A stretch of DNA of 63,669 nucleotides, the filler included, from Klebsormidium nitens (Eukaryota > Plantae > Klebsormidiophyceae): assembly GCA_000708835.1 (NCBI GenBank). It is 6 parts of 6 records of this genome, joined end to end, with 100 filler letters (N's around TTAATTAATTAA, not from the genome) between each part and the next. Parts side by side here need not be neighbours in the genome. Positions count along the whole stretch, not along the records: positions 27,768 to 48,597 come from DF237924.1; positions 48,698 to 61,061 come from DF238117.1; 4 more parts are not named here. One strand, given 5' to 3'. The stretch's first letter is position 1; every line of letters begins with the position of its first letter. Positions 48,290-60,406 of the stretch are shown in pieces. Below the pieces are notes generated by a model. It did no database searches. It saw nothing but the letters and a program-made list of their open reading frames with translations, and was not told the origin of the DNA. Both the position numbers and the translations under genes were made by a program.

Positions 48290-50607
48290 CTGGAGGCGAA
48301 CCTTGAACCCTACACGCGGTCGCTAGTCTGGCAAATCGTACGAAAATATGCAGGTAATCGAGGTAATACCACAGCATCAAAATTGCACGAGACACATAAA
48401 ATTCTTAACTTACAAAACATCCTGGTCTGAACACGTAACTATAGTAACCGTAACTGTAAGTGTGACTGTAACTGTGACTGTGAATTCAAGCATTCTTTTT
48501 ACATTAATAGGTACATCGGAACTGTCTCTTGGGCGTTTTCTGCTATGCACAAGCACTTTCATACGAGCTGCGGTGCACGGGAGTGCACCGCAGTGAANNN
48601 NNNNNNNNNNNNNNNNNNNNNNNNNNNNNNNNNNNNNNNNNTTAATTAATTAANNNNNNNNNNNNNNNNNNNNNNNNNNNNNNNNNNNNNNNNNNNNTCT
48701 ACTTTGCAGTCAGAAGTATGCTTGCATTGCTGGAAGGACGTTTGGGAAGTAGGGGCACTGCCCTGATCTGCCTCTCCATGATTCTTGACTGACTGAACGC
48801 AGGCAGAAACAAGACTCTGGAATTTTGAAGGACGTCCTGAGGGACTTGTCCAACAAGAGAACAGAAGTTGTCTTGAGCAGAAAGACAGCAATTTTTCTGA
48901 GCTGCGCCATCGCTTGAGAACGCCTGCTTTCATAGTTTCCGCACATGTTAGCTGATCGTGTGTAGTTATCCTGCCAGCTCTCTGCATATAGCTGGCCAAC
49001 CATCACATAACCACTTCCAACCAGCTGGTTTCATCTCATGCATTGAAAGGTGGTCAACAGTGACAACATGTTGAGCTACTGAAACTATGGCACAATTCAA
49101 CTAGCGGCTCGCACGTTACGGATCTCAATGTGGTGTGAAAGAGCTTTTCTAAGATTATCCAACTTTGAAGCTCCTATAAACTCGTTTAAGTTCCAGCCAT
49201 GGTTCCCTTCTGAAAGACTACCCACCTCTGCTCCTTGGGTCGCCATGCTGGTCTGATTGCGGGACCCTCCACAGCAAAAAGGCCCCACGGAGGAGCAGGT
49301 GATCGCGGTCGCCCCAGAAACTGCCCGCAACACAGAGGTAGTCAGCCAATGCTGCGTAGTACCAGTGGGCGAAGCCATAATAGCTCCGGTGATCGAAGAT
49401 GAGTTCAGGGCGCTGATGTGAAGGGGCTTGAACTGAGAACTAAACTTAGAAACTTGGGGAGATTGTCGACCAAGGGCTCCTTTGTGCAACGCAAATGCTG
49501 TGCACACGAAGCGCAAAGCCATGGAACGCCTATGACCGCATTGGGCCGCCAGAATAGGTCTTTTGGAATCCCTCTCCTTTCAATCATTCCAAGAAAGCGG
49601 AAACACCGTTGGCCTCGAAAGAGGCGCAGCTGCGATTCGATCCCCTTCCTCGACTCCCTTGCTAACTTGCAAGAAAGGCGTTCAAACCCTTGCTCGAAGC
49701 GGCTTTCAGCTTGATGAGGAGCTTTCGAGCTGCCAAACCCTGTGCATGTCAGGGCCCAGCTCGATGATTGCCACGCTTGACCATGGCGAAAAGACAGTGG
49801 GGTGACACGTGTGGGTCGAGCTTTCAATAAGGAGCGTCTCGACCGTCCGATACGCGTGGACAGGTGTATGAGACCGTCGATCGTACGTCTGCTTTTTGCA
49901 TGAGAGCGCGCGCCGGATTACAGGNNNNNNNNNNNNNNNNNNNNNNNNNNNNNNNNNNNNNNNNNNNNNNNNNNNNNNNNNNNNNNNNNNNNNNNNNNNN
50001 NNNNNNNNNNNNNNNNNNNNNNNNNNNNNNNNNNNNNNNNNNNNNNNNNNNNNNNNNNNNNNNNNNNNNNNNNNNNNNNNNNNNNNNNNNNNNNNNNNNN
50101 NNNNNNNNNNNNNNNNNNNNNNNNNNNNNNNNNNNNNNNNNNNNNNNNNNNNNNNNNNNNNNNNNNNNNNNNNNNNNNNNNNNNNNNNNNNNNNNNNNNN
50201 NNNNNNNNNNNNNNNNNNNNNNNNNNNNNNNNNNNNNNNNNNNNNNNNNNNNNNNNNNNNNNNNNNNNNNNNNNNNNNNNNNNNNNNNNNNNNNNNNNNN
50301 NNNNNNNNNNNNNNNNNNNNNNNNNNNNNNNNNNNNNNNNNNNNNNNNNNNNNNNNNNNNNNNNNNNNNNNNNNNNNNNNNNNNNNNNNNNNNNNNNNNN
50401 NNNNNNNNNNNNNNNNNNNNNNNNNNNNNNNNNNNNNNNNNNNNNNNNNNNNNNNNNNNNNNNNNNNNNNNNNNNNNNNNNNNNNNNNNNNNNNNNNNNN
50501 NNNNNNNNNNNNNNNNNNNNNNNNNNNNNNNNNNNNNNNNNNNNNNNNNNNNNNNNNNNNNNNNNNNNNNNNNCAATTTGTACATATGATTAGATAAATT
50601 TGCAAAC

Positions 50608-50790
50608 TTGGGCCCGGCGCCCCTCACATTGAAGTATGGGGGCCAAAGGGCCCCTCAACGATCCCCTTTGGGGGCCCGACGGGCCCCCTGGTCTCGGGCA
50701 TTGGGGGCCCGTTGGGCCCCCAAGCCTCTCGACTATTGGGGGACGATATTGGCCATTGGGGGCAATAATGGCTGGTGGCGGGCCCCCAGT
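50608..50790. repeat. GGGCCC/GGGGGCC-rich cluster next to a gap
   Basis: Many GGGCCC or GGCCCC motifs within about 180 bp. Confidence 0.5.
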
Positions 50791-50921
50791 GGAAACACTG
50801 ATACAAGCATAAAACTAACTATTATTTTTTCCCGACCGACCGACCCACCCAAAAGGGGGGTGGACCGGAAACCGGGAGTTAACTTCGACCCGCCTTAGAA
50901 CAGTGACAGTGACGCTGACAG

Positions 50922-51334
50922 AGGGGGGACAAGGAGAATGATTCTTTTAGCAACCCTGAGCCCGGGGGCTGTTGGAAGGTGCCTTTTGTGACTTGGAGTC
51001 AACTTTACCGGGGTCTGGGGGATCGCGTGTGTCAAAGTTCTCGGGTTGGAAAAACCTTCATCTATCTAACACACGGTAAGATGCATTGCCCCAGTAGATC
51101 CTCTCCGACTTCATATTGAAGTGCAGCTAAGACAAACCCGAAGCCTGACCCAAAACCATAAGGGCCGACGAGGAGCCAAGCACCGTTCGATGATAGGCAT
51201 CCCTACATCTGATGGTTACAAACCTGCCATCTGCACACGTGGATCTCTGGTCGAGCTGAAAGCGTCAGGAAAGGCACCTTCCAACAGCCCCCGGGCTCAG
51301 GGTTCCGAAAAGAACCATTCTCCTTGTCCACCCT
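50922..51334. mobile_element. MITE, 413 bp, with TIRs of about 65-70 bp, flanked by CTGACAG direct repeats
   Basis: Left AGGGGGGACAAGGAGAATGATTCTTTTAGCAACCCTGAGCCCGGGGGCTGTTGGAAGGTGCCTT is the near reverse complement of 51271-51334. CTGACAG lies at 50915-50921 and 51335-51341. Confidence 0.85.
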
Positions 51335-52022
51335 CTGACAGAACCCGTGGAAGGAGAACGTGGACTACAGTTTGCAGTCCCGGACCCCACACCGATCGGT
51401 ACTCGGTGCGCGCGCGGCCGACGTTGCGTGACGTCATTTATTGCCGCACTTGAAACCTCGGAAACCCTAGAATACAGTGCCGCCCGCGAATGCCCGCGAG
51501 CTGCATGAAAGTGTGCATGGTGCAGCTGTTCTTCTGGCTGCACACTGCGCACTGCACTGTTGCACAGCTGCAAAGTCCCTGCAAAGCTGCAATTTGCAAC
51601 TCAGAAAGCTTGCATCAGGTTCACAATGGTTCATTCGTAATGAAAGACGCAATCAGTGGAGCTGGCTCATGCGCCACTACTACTGATTGTACAATGGCAA
51701 CCTGCGATTTCTGAGAATGCATCTGCGCATGGAGAGGCAGGCGGCTGTTCAATGGGGTTTTGCAGGCGGAGCTTCTCTGAGCTCATTTGTCGGATGAGAT
51801 TAGCAGTTGCTGGAATATTGAACTGCTCATTGCTGGATACAGAACCGAAACGGACTTCATGTTGGCCTGCCAATGCCAGCCTGGAGGCCTGATCATGAGG
51901 GAATCATGAGAAGATGAGAACAACGTCGGTGATCAGCTCTCGAGTCTAGAACCTGATGCAGATACCAGAAGTTACGAAGGGAACGAATCAAGTTGCAGCT
52001 CAATTGTACTACTGAAGCTCAA

Positions 52023-55000
52023 ATGGAACAATCTGAAGCTCTTGATCGGTCTTCTTCTGATGACGAATTCGCTGAAAGGGCTCAGAACTATGTGGACCGG
52101 GTCAAGCTTTGGGGTGAACATGAAAGGGCAGCGATGGCTGAACGGTTGGAAAGGCACGAGCAGAACGAACCTGTGGTATCTTCGGCAGAGCTCCTTCCAA
52201 GAAATTCAAGCGCTCCTCTCTTTGCGGAGGGTCAGCTGCTGCTCCTACAAGGGCTCAGATCGAAGGGTTCGTCAAGAAAAGAAGCGATTCGAACAGGTGA
52301 CATCGAGAAGTTGAGGCAAATTTGGGAAGTTCTTGGCCGTTGGAGAATTGAGGAGCTCAACGGATCGGGTTGCCATGAGAAAATGGTCCACGAGCGAGCT
52401 GCAGAAACGCCTTCAACGTCTCAAAGTGTCGATCAAAACGGGAAAGCGCAATCGGTGCATCAAGATGGGAGGGCTAAGGTCGAAGAGTGCGACAGCAGAG
52501 TCGGCAGCATAAAATGCTCCCAATTAGTCCACTCTAATTCGGAGACGGAGGAAGAATCCGACGAAGAGGACGAGGACGAACCTGCAGATTGTGCTCGGGT
52601 TGAGGGGAGGTTGCGGCGGCCAACCAACGAGCCCGCCTCCAGTCAAAGACATATCGAACCCCCAGCTCAAGTGCTTAAACCGCTGATGTCATATCTGTTG
52701 CATCATCAGCGGACCTATCCAAACTTAGCTGCTATAGCTTCTAATGTCTGCCGGGACTGGAGGGCAGTGTATGAAGATGCATGCCAGGAGCTCCTCTTCG
52801 AAGACACCGACCTCCCGGCAGAAGGAGAGGACAATGAGGCATTCACCTCTGGCCGCCATGGCACGCCCTTCTCCCTCTATTGTCGGCAAGATTGCTCATG
52901 TCTGGTTTTGGCTGTTTCTCACGGCCAGGCACACCAGATCCACGCAGCTCACGAGCAAGCCCTTCAGCTGCAAAAACGGGAGGGTCCTTCGAAGGCCGAG
53001 GTCTGGCAACGAAAAGGGAACCGGAGAGTTGCCCCAAATGAACGCATCTCGTGCTCATCACCAGCGTTCGAGGACTTCGCAAAGTCCTTTGCTGCTACAC
53101 ACATGAAAGTAGGAGAAAAGATGCACGTACAACGGCCAGTCAAGCAGGAACCCGAGCGGGACGAAGAGCCTGACGTCGAGAGGACTGACGACGGGCCTGG
53201 GCTGTTGCTTTGTGTGCATGGAGGCAAGTTCCGTCTACTGGTTTTCCTAAGGTCGGCAACTGCCTCAACAGTGGCTTTGAGGTGCACATGCTGGCAAATG
53301 ATATTCTCAACAGTCCAAAGATCGAGAAGTAAGTGATTCAAAGCTGCCTCAGCTAAATTGCTTGTGCATTGCATCCTGCAGCCGCTCGCGTCCTCCACGT
53401 CGGCACCAACTTTTTTTACAAGAAGAGCGCCCGGAGCGGAACCTCCAGACTAGAAGACTGGGGGATTAAAGTGGTACCGAGCTTCGAAGAGCTGAGAGAC
53501 TGTTGCCGAGGGGCAAATAGAAAGTGTCGCAAGAAGCTCGATGTGACTGCTTTGAAGGGAGAAACGTGCTGCAAACGGAAAACGTCAAGTCAAAGCGGGG
53601 TGCTTGCGGATTCTCAAAGCTGCTCGAGGATTCCCCCGGCCTCCTTCGGGACTGGAATGAACAGTATCATGTCGAGCACGCCCACGGCCACAAAACGTCG
53701 CAGGTTCAGCTGGGAATCTTATCGGAGATGCGCAGCCGAGGCATGTGCCAAGCTTCAATGAAACTCGTCCTCCAAACTTCATTGAGTGGGAGACGGCTGC
53801 AAGCGGTCCGCGAAAAGACGCGTGCCGCTGGAAACAGCCATCGTACTTTCGCAACGTAAGATTTTCATTGCTCCCAATCCGATTCTAGTCATAGCTGATC
53901 TGATTGCACACAAAACACATAGACATGCCTTACATAGGTTGCGTGCATGCATGTGTAGGCCTGTGTTTTCTCACATATGCTGAATGGTAGCGGCACACTT
54001 TCATCATTTACAAAAAGGACATCCCATAAGTATACATAGGACAACCTTAATATGCAACGCCCTGAAATCTTTGAGAAGTCAATTGTTGCTTTGCAAAATG
54101 GCGCACGGCCACAAGGGACGCGCGCCGAAGAACAAGATTTCTCCCGAGACGAATGCACGTATCGTGCAATACGTCTGCGAAAACACACGAGCCTGTCCGG
54201 AAAAGAAGCGTCTACTCATTATCCAACAGGGATCCACCGGAAAGAAAGTAAGAAAGTAAGTAACATCTGACTCGAGCCATACTCCAACTTTATACTTTTC
54301 TTTTTAAGCCTGCCCTACTTCCATTCGAAGTTGCTGCTTGCAAGCGCCCCAAAGCGTCGAATCAATCGTCTTCGGTCTGCATGTGAATTCCAAAACCACG
54401 TGTTAGTCTTTCGACGATCGTCGTTTCTCGAGCAGGCGCTCCATCGCCGGATGGTTGCGGAACATCCCGAGCTGACCGTGGACTATCGAACGTTTAAGAG
54501 CATCATCAAAAGCAATCTTGATTACAGGTGAGGATTAAATTTGTGCGCAACGTGGTCCCTCCAACGAGCTGGATTTATGTATCAGTCCGATTGATTGAAT
54601 CTCGAGACAATAACCAGTACAGTAGTCAATCGCAGGTTTGTTTTGTTGACTTGCAGGATCGTCAGGAGCCGAAAGGACCACAACTTTTGCCCACACTGTC
54701 TCGACTTTGAGACAACGTTGACCGCAGTTGAGCGGGAGCTGAGAAGGTAAGAAGCACTCCCCTCGACGGCGACAGCTCTAGCTCGGATCAGAAATCGGAA
54801 AAGAATGACTGCATGCTCGAATGGGACATCCGATGACTACGGCAAGCTGCTGACGTCATCAGCAACAATCATAACGTCATTACATTTCCGCTTTTGATAG
54901 CGTTGGTGCGAAGAGCAAACAAGTCGGAACTGCCCCGCCGCATTGGATGACGCAGCGTTTGAGGACTCTCCAAAGCGAGCAAAAACGCTTGGAACAACAA

Positions 55001-58000
55001 TACGGGAAGCACGAAATGTGGTGGCGCTCGAGGCGACTATTCGCTAGAAGTGAGCTCACAAGTGACCAGCTTTGAAAAACTTTCGTCCTCCGGCATGTGT
55101 GTTCGTCCAAAGCCGCGGGTGCTCTGAGGTTTTACTAAGAAAGGGAGGGCACACAAGCAGACTGGATTCATACCTTCTTGTGTCTCCATGCAGCGCTAGA
55201 GGAAGTGGCGAAAGATCAGCTCCGTGCGCTTGGACAGACGTCGACGTCACACCCGTTCGCCAGCAGCGCCAGCAGTATGGTCTGCCAGGAGGATAAAAAA
55301 GGACTACTCAATCTGCCCATCTTCCAACGGGATCCAACAAGTGCACCTCTAGAAAAGACTGTGATCGAGCCACACGGGATCATAGACTGTCGGTCTCTGG
55401 AAGCTTGGTGAGTGTGTCGCGCTGCGCCTCTGCGTTTCTTCCAAAAGCTGCATTAATAATGAAACTACTTGCTATGTAAGCAGATTGCTTATTAAGCGGC
55501 GTTCTCGGTTTCAAAAGAGCGTTCAAATTCAATTTCTGCAATCGGCGCACAAATACTCTGCAGGGAAATCCTTATAAACAAAGGCCAGAACGTTGGGGGC
55601 GAAGCGTTCGTCGCAATCAACGTGCTACTGGCCTGGGCGCTGTCCAATTTGAATGGCGAAAAGGTGTTTGTCAACCTGCTCGACAACGCCTCGGACCTGC
55701 ACAACCGGTTCCGCTTCTGCTTACAGCAATTCCTTGTGGATCTGGGTGGGTCCCGCATTATTGGACGGCATTCAAAAACATCTCAGAACCGGCAGCTAAG
55801 AAAGTATTGAAGAAGGTCTTGTCAAGCATCCTTTGCGATTGCATGAAAGCGTGCAGAACGTTCGGATGGCAGGCGTTTGGCGTCCAGCAGAAGCATACAC
55901 AAGTAGATCGTGAGTAAAAGTTATCATGCAGGTGTTGTCGAGCGAGCGGCGGTCGTTTACCTGCCCGCACACCACGCGAAGCACTTCATGGACGCCGGTA
56001 AGTTGTCCGACCCGTTCTTTTCAAGGACTGCTTGAAACTTCCTCGTCCGCTAAACATACGAAGCATTCCAAACTGCAGAGGCAATAGAATGAATGTGAGG
56101 CTTGTTCAAGACGGTCCAATTCAACATAACGCCGGCTTCGTCTCGGTCCAACCAACATTCACCATCCTGTACAGTACATGGCTACCTGGAGATAGCTTCA
56201 AGGACGACGGACATCTTTTCGCGTGACAACCTCGCCGCCTTGTGCTCAAGCCTTCCCCGGGTCCACGGCACATGCGCAAACCCCGAGCTCTTCGAGAACC
56301 TCAACGACTTTTTCAGGAACCACTACAACTCGGCCAGCATGCCAAACATCAAAGCGCACGCCCTTGTAGTCGCCTCGAAGGAGCTTAACGGGGTTGTCCT
56401 GCTCAAAGAGAATCCGGAGGACAACGCATGGAAGAGTTGGCAGATGCGGCCGATGAATGCGAGTTCCGGACTCAAACGTGAAGACCTGGACTCGATGAAG
56501 ACGGTTGGCCAGCAGACGCCGTTGAGCGCAGTCGTGTCTACTCTCGAGAAGTTGGGTCCGAACTGCGAAAAGATGCGGCACGAAAGCGGGTTCTCCGGGA
56601 TGCAGGTCACGCTTCCCGAGCGCCTGGACCTCACCTCTTTCGAAGCGCGCTCCCCGGGGTCCATTCTCCGCCCAGCAGTGCGAACCGGATGGAGGCCTGG
56701 GAGGTTGCAGCCTTTCATAGGTGCCCCCGCGAGCGCGTTGAAACGGTCCCTGCGGAGAATGCAGAAACCCTGTTGCTCCAGCCGCAAGAGAGTCTGAGGT
56801 TCTCTTCTGCTCGCTTTCACGGCCTATTGGAGCTCCGCAACGATGCGTCCGCCAGCAAATCGCTGAAGTCGGTGTTCGAAAGCGTGTTGGAGATCCCAAA
56901 ATTCAAAGTCGCAGTTGTTGCGAGCGGACAAGAAGCGTTCAGCCCGGAGGCGTTCATCAAGGAAAGCCGCTCTCCGTTTGCAGTTTTCGCTTGCCAGATT
57001 CTTGACGTGAATCAGAGCCTGCTCGAGGGGCACACGGTTATTCCCCTCCAAAAGCGAGCAGCAAAAGAGGCGCCGGCCTTAAGCCCAACTCGCCAGCAAA
57101 CAAAGGAACTTGCTCACATGAAAGTCGTGGGTCTGTTCTCACCGGACGTCGACGAGCTCCGGGAGTGGGCGGCCGCATGGGGCTGCCGAGAGGAAGACGT
57201 TCTGGACTGGTTCCTGGGCCGTCGAGGGAAGGCGGTCGACGAAGAGGGCCCCCCGCCCAAGAAGGCCAGGATGCCAAAGAAGAGTGCGCTTGCAGCGGCG
57301 GCGCCTGCGGTCAAGAGGGAGAGGAGGCTGGAACATGAGCAAAACGGAGTGGAAAGGGCAGGGGAAGGGAGCGGAGGAGGCGACGAAGAGGACAAAGAGG
57401 AAGCGAGGCAAGGAGCGGAACGGAGCGGAACGGCGGACGGAACGGAACGGAACGGAACGGAATGGCGCGGTGATTGGGCCGCAAGCGAGCGGTCTAGGGC
57501 ACATCGCGGAGATGGACGTGCAACAGAAGGGAGCGCCCGGGAGTGAAAGAGAAAACGGAGCAGGATTGGGAGGCGAAGCAGAAGAAAGGTTGAGAAAAGG
57601 AACAGAACCGAGGGGAGAATGGGAAGGCGGGGACAGCGCCGTAAAGATTGAGCAGATTCGTGAGACTAGAGAGGAACCCAAAGACAAGACGGAGGGGCTG
57701 GCGCCGCAGTCAGGGTTGAGGGCGGGACAGGGAAAGGTCCCAAAACCGCTCTGCGCAAACACCTCTCCGCAGGCGTCAAAAACGGAGAGAAAGCGGCCGG
57801 CGGCAGATGCAAAGACGGCTGCCGCGACCAAGCGGATGCGAGCCCAAGCTGCTGCATACAAGGCGAGCATGCAGGCGGACTCGAGCATCCTGGACCCGAC
57901 CTGGTTCTCCGACCAGCAGCGATTGTCGGGTGACCAGTTGTCCAACGTTTTCTCGACTCTGTACATAAACCCCCCGGCAGACCTAGCGCCCATTCCCACG

Positions 58001-59639
58001 TTCACAAACGAGCATCTCGCTATGAAGCTGATTGAAATCTCAAACGGAAGCAGAGCGTGGCCCTCGAAAATCGTTCAGAAAGTGAAGGAGATGAACGGTT
58101 GTGCAGTCTTTGTGGTCGGGGACTGCTCTCATTGGAGGTCGGTTTTTCTAGATGGGCGAAGCAAAACCGTCTTCCTGTTTGACCCCTACTTCGAGAAGGC
58201 GTTTGGAGGCGGCGGCCTCGAAGAGGCTCTAAACAGAGCATTCAGCCAGAGCGAAGGCTGGGGACATGACCGGATCAAGCTACGGTTGCAATCCAACGAC
58301 TTCCAATGCGGTGTGTCGGCAGCCTTTTTCCAGGAGCAGGTCCTCCAATTCGTTTGGAGAGGGGAGGCGGAGGGCTACGTTCAAAGGTTCACTGAGTTCT
58401 TCCTGCGGGAGGTGCAGGCCGAAGGGCTCCGGCCACTTCCTTACGGCAAGGCGCCTTCTAAAAACCAGAGCCTGCCAAACAAAGAATTCATCCAGAAGAA
58501 AAGGACAGCCCTAAGAAGTCTCCTGGAGAACCGCAAGGAGTTTCTACCCCTACAGCCAGGCGGCGCACAGCCGCGCCCGCAACCCGTAGCAGAAAGACCC
58601 GAAAGCTCCGCCCCGGCTGCGCCTCCAACTGCCTCGCAGCCCTTTCCTCGAACAAGTTTGAAGAGCAGCGAACAAAAGGGGAAACTTCCTAAGAGCGCTT
58701 ACCAGGAGCCTGCTCATCCTCGGGATAGTGCCCTCCCCACAACCGAATGCAAACAACAGGGGACTCTTCCAGAACTAGGTGGGGCACAATCCGGATTTGA
58801 CGAGGGGTCTCCTCCGGCGCCAGGTCCAAGTCACGCGACACCTGCGACAGCGAAAGGGAGCTGCAAGGGATCAAAGGAGGACAACAAGGTACTATATGAG
58901 ACTTGGCTTCCGTTTTTCATTCCTGCCTGTAGGTGCCAACCCTAGGGCCGTCGATCTCAGCAAATGCTCGTTCTACACCACCGGAGTGTATCAGATCCCT
59001 GAACCCTCGATCTCAGCAAATGCTTGAACTACACCACCACAGTGTTCAGATATTTGACCCCTCCAGAACCTGATTGTTAAGACGAATTGCAGGGTGCAAA
59101 CGTCTAGACCCACTTGTTGATGCAGTTTGGCAAACCAAAGAAGGCTACCAACGCTGAGTTGAACGTCAAAGGCGCAAAGAACGCCTTCAACTATTTTCAA
59201 CAGCTTCTGAAAGAAGTAAGGACTGAGCAGCATGTCTTTGAGTTTGAAACGGAGCAACTGAACGATGCTCTGTGTTACTGCCGCAGTTCGCTGCTTCGTT
59301 CAAGTTGATCATCAATCTTGTACAATCAGACAATCAATTCAAATTTTCGCTAAATCCAGTATCACCCCTGCAATGCAGACTGCGGAAAGGATGTTATTAG
59401 CCGACATTGCCACAGATCTCCCCATCGGACAAGCAGAGAGGGCAGCCCTGCTGGATGCATCGACCGCCACTACCAAACCCAACACCGCTGTGTGCTCTGT
59501 AGCTTGGCGTCATGCTCCCGCAGAGATAAAACAGAAATGCACAGACCTTGCGCTAGTTGACCGAGAGCGGGCTCAGAAAGACCGGGCAAGTGCACTCGCT
59601 CTGATCAGTGGCGCGCAGGACATTGAACCAGAGACGTAA
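52023..59639 (+). CDS. Multi-exon F-box-like, Sola-type transposase, Ulp1/C48 protease and HMG-box protein; about 3 frameshifts
   Basis: Phase-consistent exons: to 53223 (GC donor), 53382-53855, 54076-54247, 54436-54527, 54657-54746, 54901-55049, 55194-55407, 55564-55745, 55932-55997, 56175-58888, 59126-59215, 59379-59639. Motifs: ASNVCRDWRAV (F-box-like); HGHKGRAPKN, HNFCPHC, QEDKKGLLNLP, LLDNAS, PAHHAKHFMDAVHG (transposase, candidate D-D-D); SHWRSVFLD..FLFDP..QSNDFQCG (Ulp1); KNAFNYF..AWRHAPAEIKQKCTDLALVDRER (HMG). Confidence 0.75.
57408..57465. repeat. (GGAAC)n/(GGAGC)n pentanucleotide microsatellite inside the transposon ORF
   Basis: GGAGCGGAACGGAGCGGAACGGCGGACGGAACGGAACGGAACGGAACGGAATGG, located in the overlap of ORFs 56689-57546 and 57284-58945. 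Confidence 0.9.
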
Positions 59640-60370
59640 CCCCGCTGACTTGGCAGGGACTGTTGCTTTGGCTGATGACCTCACCTTCATGTGATGCCAT
59701 TGTCTTGCACATCCTGTAGCTGACGCCAGAATGCATCCGTTCCGGGACCTCGACAGAACCCCTCATTGAATGCATGTTGAAGGATCACAATGAAGTTGCT
59801 GGAATTGCATCGTGCCTTGCATTTCTACATGCAAGCTGCGGAAAGAGCTGTAGGCATTCTCGACAAGCCTATGCTGTGATGTTCTTGGTCAGGAGCTGCG
59901 CTTTACTACCAACTGCCAGCTGTCCCCTACAGCGTTTGAAAGCGAGCTGGTCATATTTCCTTTCTAAGCAGAGCCCGCTGATAGCCGCAGCGCCGCCGCC
60001 TGCAACTGCCTCAGCCTGCCCACCCGTGCCTTCCTAGAACGTTCATACATCCGTCCTTTCAACTGAAACTTCTCCCTGTACAGAAATGAAGCATCTTCCT
60101 CGATGGCAATGTGGATAACTGGGCTCCATGCTGAGCCCAAAGCAGCTTCAGAAGAGCCGCCAAAGTGTAATGGCGGCTCTGCAGTGTCCTGGCTCCTTCC
60201 CTATGCAGCTTCTCTGGCTTGCAAAGTTGCAGCTGTAGCTGGCAAAGGAGTGCGCACTGCGGAACGCGGCCGCATCGATGAGTCACAGGCGGTGCCGCGC
60301 GCGCACCAAGTACCGATCGGTGTGGGGTCCGGGACTGCAAACTGTAGTCCACGTTCTCCTTCCACGGGTT

Positions 60371-60406
60371 CTGACAGTGACATTGACAGTGACAGTGACA
60401 GTGACC
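60371..60406. repeat. (GACAGT)n hexamer tract, right part of the insertion target
   Basis: CTGACAGTGACATTGACAGTGACAGTGACAGTGAC. The left part, CAGTGACAGTGACG, is at 50901-50914. Confidence 0.9.

Larger units (their letters stand above)
51342..60370 (+). mobile_element. 9,029-bp TIR DNA transposon, Sola-like DDD transposase
   Basis: 77-bp TIRs (51342-51418 and 60294-60370, one mismatch). CTGACAG direct repeats at 51335-51341 and 60371-60377. Weaker subterminal inverted similarity at about 51540-51610 and 60195-60265. Confidence 0.9.

Noticed and set aside
49706-50627. Long ORFs made mostly of X (also at 2210-5200, 20640-21030 and 28614-29346)
   Set aside because: Their length comes from reading through N gaps.
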